Part shown: piece by piece, positions 9,475 through 17,491 of the stretch
How the letters are laid out: each line of letters starts with the position of its first letter
How positions within the stretch are numbered: the stretch's first letter is position 1
DNA from: an uncultured Candidatus Saccharibacteria bacterium
GTDB lineage: Bacteria; Patescibacteriota; Saccharimonadia; CAILAD01; GCA-016700035
Direction of reading: 5' to 3'
DNA: 64,000 nucleotides
Assembly: GCA_964583675.1 (NCBI GenBank)
Contig: CAZOVH010000001.1
Coordinates: 145,754-209,753, forward strand
Translations under genes and position numbers: made by a program
Notes under the pieces: model-generated
What the model saw: only the letters and a program-made list of their open reading frames with translations
The model's database searches: none
What the model was told of the DNA's origin: nothing

Positions 9475-10514
9475 CGCGCAACTTCGTTTTTAACAGTCTC
9501 CCACATCTCGGGCTTACCTTGGGTTTCTTTGAGCCAGTACCACCACTCGGCACCCCATAGGTACATGGTTTTTATCTGAGTTTGGCGAGCATACGTAAGA
9601 TTATCGCGGAGCTGCTTGGGGCTCATCGAGCGTTGGGCTTCTTCCCAGCTGAGCTCTTCATTACCGCGTGATCCCCAGGCTTCGCCTTGCAATTCATGAA
9701 TTGTTACGCGGGTATCACGATATGTCTCTATGAGTGCAGCTTTCCAAAAATTATAGATGCCGGTTTGTGGATATACATAATAACCAAACACATTGTTGTG
9801 CACCACGCGATACATCGAAAAGCCAAATGTTTCAGTATTTGGTCCCAGGAAAGGGAAGCCGTTTTGATTTGATTGCGTCAGTTCAATTGGGCGAGATGGG
9901 TCGAGTGTACGCACGGTTTCTATTTCTCGCGAGAGTGCTTCATTTGTGAGGTTTTGTTTTGGACATTCGCCAAAGGTTTTTAAGAGAAACTCATTCTCTA
10001 CCTGCCAAGATTCAATCGCTGGACTGTTTTTATAGCGATTCACGGTTTCCGTTATAAGCTCGTTGGTTCTTTCGGCAACTAACCCAGGGTTATTCTTATC
10101 GAGCCAAGCAGGATAAAAACATTCTGGCCAACGAATAACTTTTTGACCAACAACTACTTTAAGCTTGGCGTTACGCTTTTCGGCTTCTTGCACCATAAAA
10201 TCGAGTTCAGAGAAATCGTATTCACTCGGTGATTTTTCTATGCGATCCCAGTAGGTGGCCACGCGTATATTGCGGAAGCCTAGGTCATCAAGGGTGGCGA
10301 TATAGGCATCGCGCCAGTTAATACCAAAGCGATCAGCTTGTACTTGCGAAAAACTTACACCAATCACTTCGGTGTCATCTTTGTGGCGTAAGTAGAAGAT
10401 GGACATCATGAGCAGGTTCGATATAAATAGAAATCCCATAACTGAGGCCACGAAAGGCAGAGCTCCAGCTAGCCATGTAAGTTTTTTTGGTTGCTTTTTC
10501 ATTACTTGTAGCAT
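9471..10514 (-). CDS. Membrane-anchored glycoside hydrolase (TIM-barrel, GH5/cellulase-like)
   Basis: The protein has an N-terminal transmembrane segment and a Glu/Trp-rich fold (NEF...WGAEWWYW, WPECFYPAW). The family assignment is tentative. Confidence 0.45.
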   Translation of the reverse strand: MLQVMKKQPKKLTWLAGALPFVASVMGFLFISNLLMMSIFYLRHKDDTEVIGVSFSQVQADRFGINWRDAYIATLDDLGFRNIRVATYWDRIEKSPSEYDFSELDFMVQEAEKRNAKLKVVVGQKVIRWPECFYPAWLDKNNPGLVAERTNELITETVNRYKNSPAIESWQVENEFLLKTFGECPKQNLTNEALSREIETVRTLDPSRPIELTQSNQNGFPFLGPNTETFGFSMYRVVHNNVFGYYVYPQTGIYNFWKAALIETYRDTRVTIHELQGEAWGSRGNEELSWEEAQRSMSPKQLRDNLTYARQTQIKTMYLWGAEWWYWLKETQGKPEMWETVKNEVAR

Positions 10515-10625
10515 AGCGTGAGAATAGCGCGTTGGCGAGCCACAGCATTGACGTCATATCTGTTGCGTCGTATAATTATGCGGTCGTCTAGCGCCGGTCA
10601 CGTGCCGGTTGTTAGACGGCAACCT

Positions 10626-10700
10626 TCCGGGGTAGCTCAGCGGTAGAGCAGTTGGCTGTTAACCAATTGGCCGCCGGTTCGAATCCGGCCCCCGGAGCCA
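10626..10700 (+). tRNA. tRNA-Asn (anticodon GTT), CCA encoded
   Basis: A manual fold gives an acceptor stem TCCGGGG/CCCCGGA, a D-arm GCTCAGCGGTAGAGC, an anticodon stem GTTGG/CCAAT with loop CTGTTAA, a T-arm GCCGG-TTCGAAT-CCGGC and a terminal GCCA. Confidence 0.85.
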
Positions 10701-12158
10701 ATTTTGAGATTTAGAGCACCTAGCGATTACATCAAAGGGTGCTTTCAGGTTAAAAACGAGCTTTTTGTCCTGAATTACAAGGTTCGAAAGTAGGAAACGT
10801 AAAAGTTTGGATTTTAGTGCCGCTTTCGAACTTTTGAATAGCTGAGGAGCTTTTGTGGCTATCTCTAACAGATACGAACTGGTTAACATAAAACTTTTAT
10901 CATTATGCGTTAGATTAACTAACTGTTCGTCTAGCTGCTCTTGACGAGCCTTTAGGTCCTTAACGTATTCGTCATAGTCATTGAGAGTAATACGCCCATC
11001 TAGCCTGTCCTCGTACAATACACGCAGCTTTTTCTGTATCGTATCGTACTCTGTGCGTGTTTGTTCAATAGCGTTGGCGTAGTATAGCTGCTGATTATCG
11101 TGATGATTACGCAGTTCATCAATAACGTACTTTACAATATCCTCGTTCATTTCTAGCTGACCAATCATTTCAGCAACCTGTGGCACAAGGTCCTTTTCTT
11201 TGATGTGTGATTGCTTGCACGGACCTTTGCCTCTGCTGCACTGCATATAAACGTTACCCTTAGCCGTGTACGAGGATATGCTACAACCGCAGCTGCCACA
11301 TTTCAGCAAGCCATTGAACGTATAGTCAATTTTCTGCTTTTTGGTTCTGTTAGTGCCTCTCTGGTCGTTGACAGCTTGTACTTTATCAAACATCTTTCGG
11401 CTAATTAGCGGTTCGTACTTATGAGGGTACAGCTTGCCACTGTATCTCATAGTGCCGTAATAAAACGGATTTTTAAGTATTTGTTCAACGGTGCTTTGAC
11501 CAATGGGAGTTAACTTTGCCGTGTTATTTCTTAAACCCTCTTTTTTAAGCTGGGCTGCAATGCCCCTGTACGGCGTGCCAATTAAACGCAGTTCAAACGC
11601 CTTTTTAATGTAGGGTGCTCGTTCAGTATCTAATAGTACCGTCGTTTCTTTATCGCTAATTCTGTGATTAACGTAGCCAATCGGTGCTTTACCAGGCCAC
11701 TCGCCGTCATTCAGTTTCTGTTCAAATCTGCGTTTAACATTATCTCTGATACTGTCAGAGTAGTAGCGAGCAAGTGCAACGCCAATACCGAGCCTAAATA
11801 AGTCAGGAGCACCAGAGTTTTTGGTGACGCATAAGTTATCAGATGGGAAGTGTATCTCAATCTGACCGTCCTCACGCAGCTTGTTTAGGGTTTTAACTTC
11901 GTCTGTTGAACTGTCCCTTGTGTAGCGGTCTATTTTGTCAAACACGACAATACAATTTTCTGGGTAATTGCCTATACTATCAACAATCTTGCTAAACGTT
12001 TTGCGATTATCTTTATATGCACTCTCATCAAACTCAAACAGCTCATAATCGTAGTCTTTATCCTTTGCGTACTTTTCAAGCCGTAAAACCTGTGCAGGTA
12101 ATGCTTGTCTCTGTTCTGGGTCTGATACTCTTGCTATTAAAAATGCCTTAGTTTTCAT
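10659..12158 (-). CDS. Large serine recombinase (integrase)
   Basis: The N-terminal resolvase catalytic motif FLIARVSDPEQ is followed by a recombinase domain and a Cys-rich zinc ribbon (CGSCGCS...C...C). The last ~14 codons (RGPDSNRRPIG) are the antisense strand of the tRNA-Asn T-arm. Confidence 0.8.
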   Translation of the reverse strand: MKTKAFLIARVSDPEQRQALPAQVLRLEKYAKDKDYDYELFEFDESAYKDNRKTFSKIVDSIGNYPENCIVVFDKIDRYTRDSSTDEVKTLNKLREDGQIEIHFPSDNLCVTKNSGAPDLFRLGIGVALARYYSDSIRDNVKRRFEQKLNDGEWPGKAPIGYVNHRISDKETTVLLDTERAPYIKKAFELRLIGTPYRGIAAQLKKEGLRNNTAKLTPIGQSTVEQILKNPFYYGTMRYSGKLYPHKYEPLISRKMFDKVQAVNDQRGTNRTKKQKIDYTFNGLLKCGSCGCSISSYTAKGNVYMQCSRGKGPCKQSHIKEKDLVPQVAEMIGQLEMNEDIVKYVIDELRNHHDNQQLYYANAIEQTRTEYDTIQKKLRVLYEDRLDGRITLNDYDEYVKDLKARQEQLDEQLVNLTHNDKSFMLTSSYLLEIATKAPQLFKSSKAALKSKLLRFLLSNLVIQDKKLVFNLKAPFDVIARCSKSQNWLRGPDSNRRPIG

Positions 12159-12209
12159 AGTTATTCCTTTCTCTGTTACTATGTACCATTATATACCAAT
12201 AGATAACAA

Positions 12210-13340
12210 TCATATAGAGCCTTTAATTTGGTCCATCTTTGTTGGCTCAAATTGTTCAAGCATTTGGTTAATGCCTGCTATTGTCTTGTATTGGACCTTT
12301 TGTGTTGGTTTTGTAAGTGGCTTTAGCCGTGTCCAAGCGTGTTTGCCGAAACGGTCCTCAAACAACGCTCTAACGTGACGCTGGTCGCTCGTTGTTAGCA
12401 GCAAAGCCATACCAAGCCGTGCAGCCGCTTGTTGCGGACCTTTCAGCTCATCTGTCTGTAAAATGTTAGCCAGCACCTTATACGGCTCATTACTGTCTAA
12501 CGCCAGTTTGGGCAGGTTAGTGAAAAAATTTTGCCAGTGGTGTTGCAACAACAGTTTTGACAGTTCGGTTGAGAACACGTTTTGAAATACCAGCGGCTTA
12601 TCAAATCCAACTGCTTTGAGTGCGTCAGTTATTTTCCTTTTGCCGTTCAGTCGAACTTCATAACGCATAACTGCTGTGGGCTGTGTCCGAGCTAACTGGT
12701 CTAGCAAATCAAGCTGAACAAAGTTGTCTTTTTCCTGTGACCGTTTTTCGCTAACTTTAGATTGCCTTAGGTCAGCCAGTTTGTCGTATATAGCAATATC
12801 AAGCGAGTTAGTATGAACGTGCAGCACATAACCGCCATTACGGAAGTTCGTGTTCTGTATATCGTAGGTTTTGCTTATGTCAGCTGTTCGTAGCATTTGC
12901 AACACAGCCGAGCAGGACGTATAGTCATCAAACACAAAGTTTTTGCTGTAATGTAACGCCCTTATCTCTGCTTGTTCAATCTGCTTGCTAAACAACCAAA
13001 CGCCCATTTCTCGGAGTGTTTGCTGTAATTTACTAACAACTGACGCAAAGTCGTTATCAATCAGCTCGTCAAAATTATTACCAAATGCAATCTTTGGCAG
13101 GCTCAACTCAATTGCCAACTCGTAACTAGCACGTTTGTAGCCTCTGGGACGCTGCGTATAGGTCAGACGTGGCTGATACTTGCCGAGCTTTTTAGTAGCT
13201 GCTGACGGATTAGCCATTGCTTTAAAATAGCCAAAGTAGTCAGGGTTTATGCTATCCAGCGTCGGTTGAAAGTTGGCTCTTGCGTGCAATGGTCTGTCCA
13301 TTTTTACTACCAGCTTTATTGTGTCTATCATTGTCATCAC
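12210..13340 (-). CDS. Hypothetical protein, possible replication initiator of the element
   Basis: A 376-aa protein with no family recognisable by eye. It sits between the integrase and SpoVG. A YDK...K stretch (IAIYDKLADLRQSK) hints at a rolling-circle Rep-type tyrosine motif, but this is speculative. The start may be the internal MDRPLH. Confidence 0.35.
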   Translation of the reverse strand: MMTMIDTIKLVVKMDRPLHARANFQPTLDSINPDYFGYFKAMANPSAATKKLGKYQPRLTYTQRPRGYKRASYELAIELSLPKIAFGNNFDELIDNDFASVVSKLQQTLREMGVWLFSKQIEQAEIRALHYSKNFVFDDYTSCSAVLQMLRTADISKTYDIQNTNFRNGGYVLHVHTNSLDIAIYDKLADLRQSKVSEKRSQEKDNFVQLDLLDQLARTQPTAVMRYEVRLNGKRKITDALKAVGFDKPLVFQNVFSTELSKLLLQHHWQNFFTNLPKLALDSNEPYKVLANILQTDELKGPQQAAARLGMALLLTTSDQRHVRALFEDRFGKHAWTRLKPLTKPTQKVQYKTIAGINQMLEQFEPTKMDQIKGSI

Positions 13341-13599
13341 GTCCTTTAAAAAGCTGCTGGCACTCGGCTACAACGGCTTGTTCAATCAGGTTGCCAACGT
13401 CCCTGCTAATTGGGTGGTATAGGTTTAACTCTTTACTACCGATTTTCTTGGTTGGGTAAGTAATACGGTATGAGCCGTCTAAACGGCTATGCACGCCAAT
13501 TGAGCCAAGATATAGGCTGTTGTCTATTACTACGCTGGCAAAGGCTAAAAGACCGCTAGTCGGCTTTATCGGTATGATATTTACCTCGCTAATTGTCAT
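13252..13599 (-). CDS. SpoVG-family nucleic-acid-binding protein
   Basis: ISEVNIIPIKPTSGLLAFASVVIDNSLYLGSIGVHSRLDGSYRITYPTKK...YHPISRDV matches the SpoVG core pattern (RA.ASI..D..FV.H.I.V..G..G.FV.MP...DIAHPI). The preferred start is MTISEV at 13599. Confidence 0.7.
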   Translation of the reverse strand: MTISEVNIIPIKPTSGLLAFASVVIDNSLYLGSIGVHSRLDGSYRITYPTKKIGSKELNLYHPISRDVGNLIEQAVVAECQQLFKGRDDNDRHNKAGSKNGQTIARKSQLSTDAG

Positions 13600-13912
13600 T
13601 GCAATTCTCTTGACACTGTTCTGTTTTGCACGGACCTTCAAGCAATAGACTAATTTGTGCTCTTATCGCACGCATTTGCTTGTGGTCCAATTCGCTCAAA
13701 AGAGACTTAATTTTATTTGAGGTTCCATCGCCTGTTATGTCAGCAGGTAAGTAACCCTCTGCGACTTTCACAAGGTGTTCAACCTCGTTAATTTCAGCGT
13801 TCCAAACAATTACTTGGGCGGCATAAAGTCGGCAATCGTTGCACAACGCCATCACAGTATCAGCTACCCTTTGTTTTGTTTCATCGTTCATCATCAATCC
13901 TTTCTTGTTCAT
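13589..13912 (-). CDS. Hypothetical small protein with a CxxC pair
   Basis: 107-aa ORF lying in the same minus-strand gene string as the SpoVG and Rep-like genes of the element. No family assigned. Confidence 0.4.
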   Translation of the reverse strand: MNKKGLMMNDETKQRVADTVMALCNDCRLYAAQVIVWNAEINEVEHLVKVAEGYLPADITGDGTSNKIKSLLSELDHKQMRAIRAQISLLLEGPCKTEQCQENCNDN

Positions 13913-14048
13913 TTAGTTCAAGGTCCATTTCTATCAGCACGTCAAAATAGCCAACGAGGTTGGCTGTTGCTACGTCATCTCGACCAAGCTCGGCAAGAAA
14001 CTCTTGCAAGCTGACGATGTTTGGCTGTTGGCTATTTTGCTGCTGCAT
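13905..14048 (-). CDS. Possible small acidic protein (47 aa)
   Basis: Manual translation of the minus strand gives MQQQNSQQPNIVSLQEFLAELGRDDVATANLVGYFDVLIEMDLELNEQERIDDER. It fills the gap between two island genes and is below the track's size cutoff. Confidence 0.25.
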
Positions 14049-14106
14049 ATAGCCATTACGACAAAACAGGCGTTTAGCCGAGTTTAAACCTGTGGATAAT
14101 TACAAT

Positions 14107-15357
14107 TTACAGATTAGTGCGATACTTAGGGTTTATGTATACCTCATAGTTCAAAAGTATAAAAAACTCAGTAATTTGACCTTTTGTGGCAGCTGCAATC
14201 TTGATGTTTAGAGCCTTAACGTAGCCTTTGATGATGTTATTGAAACTGTCCTCATTGCCATCAGTACCAGCGTGCATTGTAAATACCAGTTCCATAAGAT
14301 GGGTAACGTCCCATTTTTTCGTAAAGTTATCTATTGAACTAAAGAAAAAATCACAAAATCTGGCTTGTTTTGAGCTGCGTTGCACATCTACTTTGTAGCC
14401 TTTAAGTATGAGTTGTGAGCTTTCAATCTGAAACTTAATATCAGCGTAAGCAATTTTTGTAATGCCACTTTCCAACTTACCCATTACATACTGTTTTACT
14501 TCTGCAATCTGATTACTATTTGCTTTCAATTCTGTAAATAAAAGGTCGAGTTTGGCGGTGCTTACAAGCTGATAGTCATCGTCTATACGCTTAGTACGGC
14601 TTGTGTCACTAACAATCGTTACATTACCGTCTCGGTCAATTACCTCAATGTCATCAAGGTTAATCGTTTCAACAGGCGTAAACTTTGCAAATGTCGTACT
14701 TATAGAGGCTAGGTCAACTGCAAATGCCTTAACAATCATTTCGCTCATTGAATTTATGCTTTCAAACAGACTGCGTGTAAGGTTGGCGGCGTGAGCGGTT
14801 GCCATAAATGACTGCCCAATTATCCCATAAGTGATAGCCAGTTTTTGCTGCATAGCAGCAATTTGCTGAACAGGGACAATCAGGTTTGTCTGGAACTTTT
14901 GAGTTGCTAAGGCAAATCGCTGAGCGTCCTGTGCAATACGAGCCATTGGCAGGGTTTCTAGTGAGTTGAATATCTTGGCAATGCCTGAAAAGTCGTACTG
15001 AGCCGATATACGCTTGGCTATTTCAGCAGCCATTACATTTGCTTGTTCGAGCTGCTTTGCTTGTCTTGGTGTTAATAAATTGGGGTCTTTTTTCAGTAAC
15101 TCTTGCCACTCATCAACAGACAAGCCAGAACGATATTTTTTAGCGTCTAAGTTTAGGTCGTATTTATTTTGGTTGGTTATACGCCTATCACGAATAACGT
15201 GTGCTGGCGTAACCTCTGTCGGTGCTTGTTTAACAGGTAGAGTTATCTCTACTGGTTTAATGTTGTCGGTCTTTGGCTTTTTGACAGGCTGCTTAGCCGC
15301 TTTTGATTGCGGCTTTTTCTTGGGTTGTTTAGGCTGCTTGTCATCTTTTTTCATCAC
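14107..15357 (-). CDS. Hypothetical cargo protein with a lysine-rich N-terminus
   Basis: A 416-aa protein beginning MMKKDDKQPKQPKKKPQSKAAKQPVKKPK, with no recognisable domain. It is transcribed divergently from the excisionase gene. Confidence 0.5.
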   Translation of the reverse strand: MMKKDDKQPKQPKKKPQSKAAKQPVKKPKTDNIKPVEITLPVKQAPTEVTPAHVIRDRRITNQNKYDLNLDAKKYRSGLSVDEWQELLKKDPNLLTPRQAKQLEQANVMAAEIAKRISAQYDFSGIAKIFNSLETLPMARIAQDAQRFALATQKFQTNLIVPVQQIAAMQQKLAITYGIIGQSFMATAHAANLTRSLFESINSMSEMIVKAFAVDLASISTTFAKFTPVETINLDDIEVIDRDGNVTIVSDTSRTKRIDDDYQLVSTAKLDLLFTELKANSNQIAEVKQYVMGKLESGITKIAYADIKFQIESSQLILKGYKVDVQRSSKQARFCDFFFSSIDNFTKKWDVTHLMELVFTMHAGTDGNEDSFNNIIKGYVKALNIKIAAATKGQITEFFILLNYEVYINPKYRTNL

Positions 15358-15427
15358 GTTTTTCCAAAACTGCTCTATCGCAGGTGTTCACATTCTTGTA
15401 TCATAATAGTATCAATTGTGAGGTTTT

Positions 15428-15616
15428 ATGTCATCAAAAGATTTACCAGAATTACTAACACTGAAACAAGCGAGCGAACTGCTGCAAGTACACCCAAACA
15501 CATTACGCAACTGGGATAACAACGGCACTCTTAAAGCTGTCCGTATTGGTGGGCGTAGTTTACGACGTTATAAAAAAAGCGATTTATTAAAATTTGTAGA
15601 ACAACCAAAAAAGTAA
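15428..15616 (+). CDS. Excisionase-family HTH DNA-binding protein (Xis/AlpA-like)
   Basis: LLTLKQASELLQVHPNTLRNWDNNGTLKAVRIGGRSLRRYKKSDLLKFV matches the classic excisionase HTH pattern (LLT.KEAAELLGVS..T..RW...G.LPA.RIG.R..R...DL..FL). Confidence 0.7.
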   Translation: MSSKDLPELLTLKQASELLQVHPNTLRNWDNNGTLKAVRIGGRSLRRYKKSDLLKFVEQPKK

Positions 15617-15631
15617 TGAAAGGGGTTAATT

Positions 15632-16261
15632 GTGTCCTTATTTGATAAATTAAAAGACGCTAGTGATAAAGCAGGTAAGTCAGCCGCTGGTGCATACGAA
15701 AAGCATAAAGAAAAAGTAGCTGCGACTAAAGAGGCTCGTGGCAATACGCTCAAAGCAGTATCACTAGATTATATGGGCGGATACAGCGACTACAAAAAAG
15801 CAAAGGGCATACTAACGTTTTACGAGAAACAAACTGAGTTTAGTAGTCCATTATCAACAAAGTTCACAATCATCAATGACCAAGTATCTAACATTGTTAT
15901 TGAGGGCAAAGATGATGTTAGCAGACGTGTAACAGTAACTCGGCTATTAGCGGTTGGTATTTTTGCATTTGCCTTAAAAAAGAAAAAGAAAGAAAAAGAG
16001 GCATACCTGACGGTAGAGTTGTCAGACGGTCAAGAGGTTATATTTTTTGTTGATAACAATTCGCCTATGGAATTAAAGACTAAACTAGCAAAAGTTGTAT
16101 CTTTGGTTAAACAGGCTGGCGTATCTAGTAGTAACGCCCAAGCAGTACAAAACCAGCAAGTTAGCGTAGCAGATGAGCTGGCAAAACTGGCAAAACTCAA
16201 AGAACAGGGCGTAATTACCCAAGATGAGTTTGATAAGAAAAAGACTGAGTTGCTGGGCTAA
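15632..16261 (+). CDS. SHOCT-domain protein
   Basis: The C-terminal SHOCT motif ELAKLAKLKEQGVITQDEFDKKKTELLG is present. The N-terminal ~130 aa form an unassigned beta-rich domain. Confidence 0.6.
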   Translation: MSLFDKLKDASDKAGKSAAGAYEKHKEKVAATKEARGNTLKAVSLDYMGGYSDYKKAKGILTFYEKQTEFSSPLSTKFTIINDQVSNIVIEGKDDVSRRVTVTRLLAVGIFAFALKKKKKEKEAYLTVELSDGQEVIFFVDNNSPMELKTKLAKVVSLVKQAGVSSSNAQAVQNQQVSVADELAKLAKLKEQGVITQDEFDKKKTELLG

Positions 16262-16281
16262 AAACGCTTGGTCATTTTGCA

Positions 16282-16297
16282 GCCGAAAAAATTCGGC
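16282..16297 (+). terminator. Candidate hairpin terminator after the SHOCT gene
   Basis: GCCGAA-aaaa-TTCGGC hairpin followed by ATTTCAT. A second hairpin, GGGG-taata-CCCC, lies at ~16334-16350 beside the convergent Ltp gene. Confidence 0.4.
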
Positions 16298-16345
16298 ATT
16301 TCATAGGTGGTATCCCAAGTCTAGTAACTAAGGGGTAATACCCCC

Positions 16346-16852
16346 CTAGTCGTTGAGGTGTGCTATGGCGTAATCAGCCTCAGCTGCGGTAAATTGACCG
16401 CCTTGTGCTGATACCAGTTGGTCACGAACACCAGCTGGTGACAGGTGCAAATCATTTTGATATGTCTTTGCCTGAGCAAGAGCGTTTGCGTTCCAATCTG
16501 CTTTTACGTTATCTACGGCGTATTGTGCTGCCTCTGGCTTAAACTTACCGCCATATTCAGAGACCAGTTGGTCATATAAACCTTTTTTTGACAGGTGTAA
16601 ACTGTTTGCATAAGTATCAGCCTGTGCGAGAGCAGATTTGTACTCAGCTGGTACGGCAGGTTCTTTCTTTTCTGCTGGCTTAGCCTCAGCTGCTTGCTTG
16701 GTTTCACTACTCGCTGGCGTGCTGTTATTTGAGGTATTTGTGTCAGTACCGCCACTTGCTGCACTTACAATAACAATCAGTAAGATAAAACCGAGTATTC
16801 CTGATAAAACCTTGTGTCTCTTAAACCAATTACCTTGTTTTTTATCTGCCAT
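16346..16852 (-). CDS. Ltp-family (phage superinfection-exclusion 'host cell surface-exposed lipoprotein') tandem-repeat protein, membrane-anchored
   Basis: An N-terminal transmembrane segment is followed by an S/T/A/E-rich linker. Two Ltp repeats follow: KSALAQADTYANSLHLSKKGLYDQLVSEYGGKFKPEAAQYAVDNV and ANALAQAKTYQNDLHLSPAGVRDQLVSAQGGQFTAAEADYAIAHL. Confidence 0.7.
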   Translation of the reverse strand: MADKKQGNWFKRHKVLSGILGFILLIVIVSAASGGTDTNTSNNSTPASSETKQAAEAKPAEKKEPAVPAEYKSALAQADTYANSLHLSKKGLYDQLVSEYGGKFKPEAAQYAVDNVKADWNANALAQAKTYQNDLHLSPAGVRDQLVSAQGGQFTAAEADYAIAHLND

Positions 16853-16953
16853 TACAAACTATCCTTTCATTTGATTATAGTTATCGTCAGTATATACCAT
16901 TTGCTTACATTTGTCAGTGGTTACTTACAATTGTAAGCAATACGCTAAAAGAT

Positions 16954-17181
16954 GTGAAAACATCATCTGTCGAACACATCTATACCGAACTAGGCAAGCG
17001 TATTGTTAAGGCACGTAATGATAAGGGTATGAGCCAAGAAAAACTAGCTGCTACTAGCGGAATTGACCGTTCACATATGGGGTTTATAGAGCAAGGTCGT
17101 AGAAAGCCAACACTATCTACACTGTTTAAAATTGCTAAGTCGCTTGATATGTCGCTGGAACAACTGTTTAAAGGTTTATAG
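16954..17181 (+). CDS. XRE-family HTH transcriptional regulator (cI/Cro-like)
   Basis: The HTH_3 pattern is visible: GMSQEKLAATSGIDRSHMGFIEQGRRKPTLSTLFKIAKSLDMSLEQLF. Confidence 0.7.
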   Translation: MKTSSVEHIYTELGKRIVKARNDKGMSQEKLAATSGIDRSHMGFIEQGRRKPTLSTLFKIAKSLDMSLEQLFKGL

Positions 17182-17491
17182 TCCGCCAAACGACAATGCA
17201 AGGTCAGGCTCATATTGTCTGACGGTTGCTGCTAAATCTTCAAATTCGTAATCCTCAAAGTTATTGCTGGCAGTTCGTAGAGTTTCCACTAGACGGAGCC
17301 AAAGAAAATGCTCGAGCCTTGCGTTCGGGCTTTTTCTTTGGAACTGAGTGCTTGCGAAGTCGAACCGTAGGTTCGTCGTAGCGAAGCGAAGAAGACGTAG
17401 TCGCTATCCGGCATGGGAACATAATATGTGATAGAGAATTCCATATAACTTTTATGTCACTAGACTCACTGATTTATGCAATAATCAAAGC

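Larger units (their letters stand above)
10626..17450. mobile_element. Integrative element or prophage-like island inserted at tRNA-Asn
   Basis: A serine recombinase gene abuts and overlaps the tRNA 3' end. The element also carries an excisionase, an XRE regulator, a Rep-like protein, a SpoVG homologue and Ltp-like, SHOCT and unknown cargo genes. It looks AT-richer than the flanks. The right boundary is approximate, placed at the inverted repeats around 17300-17420. Confidence 0.55.

Noticed and set aside
13775-14014. Plus-strand ORF 13775..14014 inside the island
   Set aside because: It is antisense to the 13589..13912 gene, and the small minus-strand ORF at 13905..14048 continues the minus-strand operon. 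The plus-strand frame is probably spurious.
16980-17213. Minus-strand ORF overlapping the XRE regulator gene
   Set aside because: It overlaps completely with a gene that has a clear HTH family signature, and the frame shows no conserved features.
17330-17420. Possible degenerate tRNA fragment (GGTTCG...TCGAACC) at the island edge
   Set aside because: No cloverleaf can be folded. Stems other than the TCGAACC/GGTTCGA palindrome do not pair, so it is reported only as inverted repeats.
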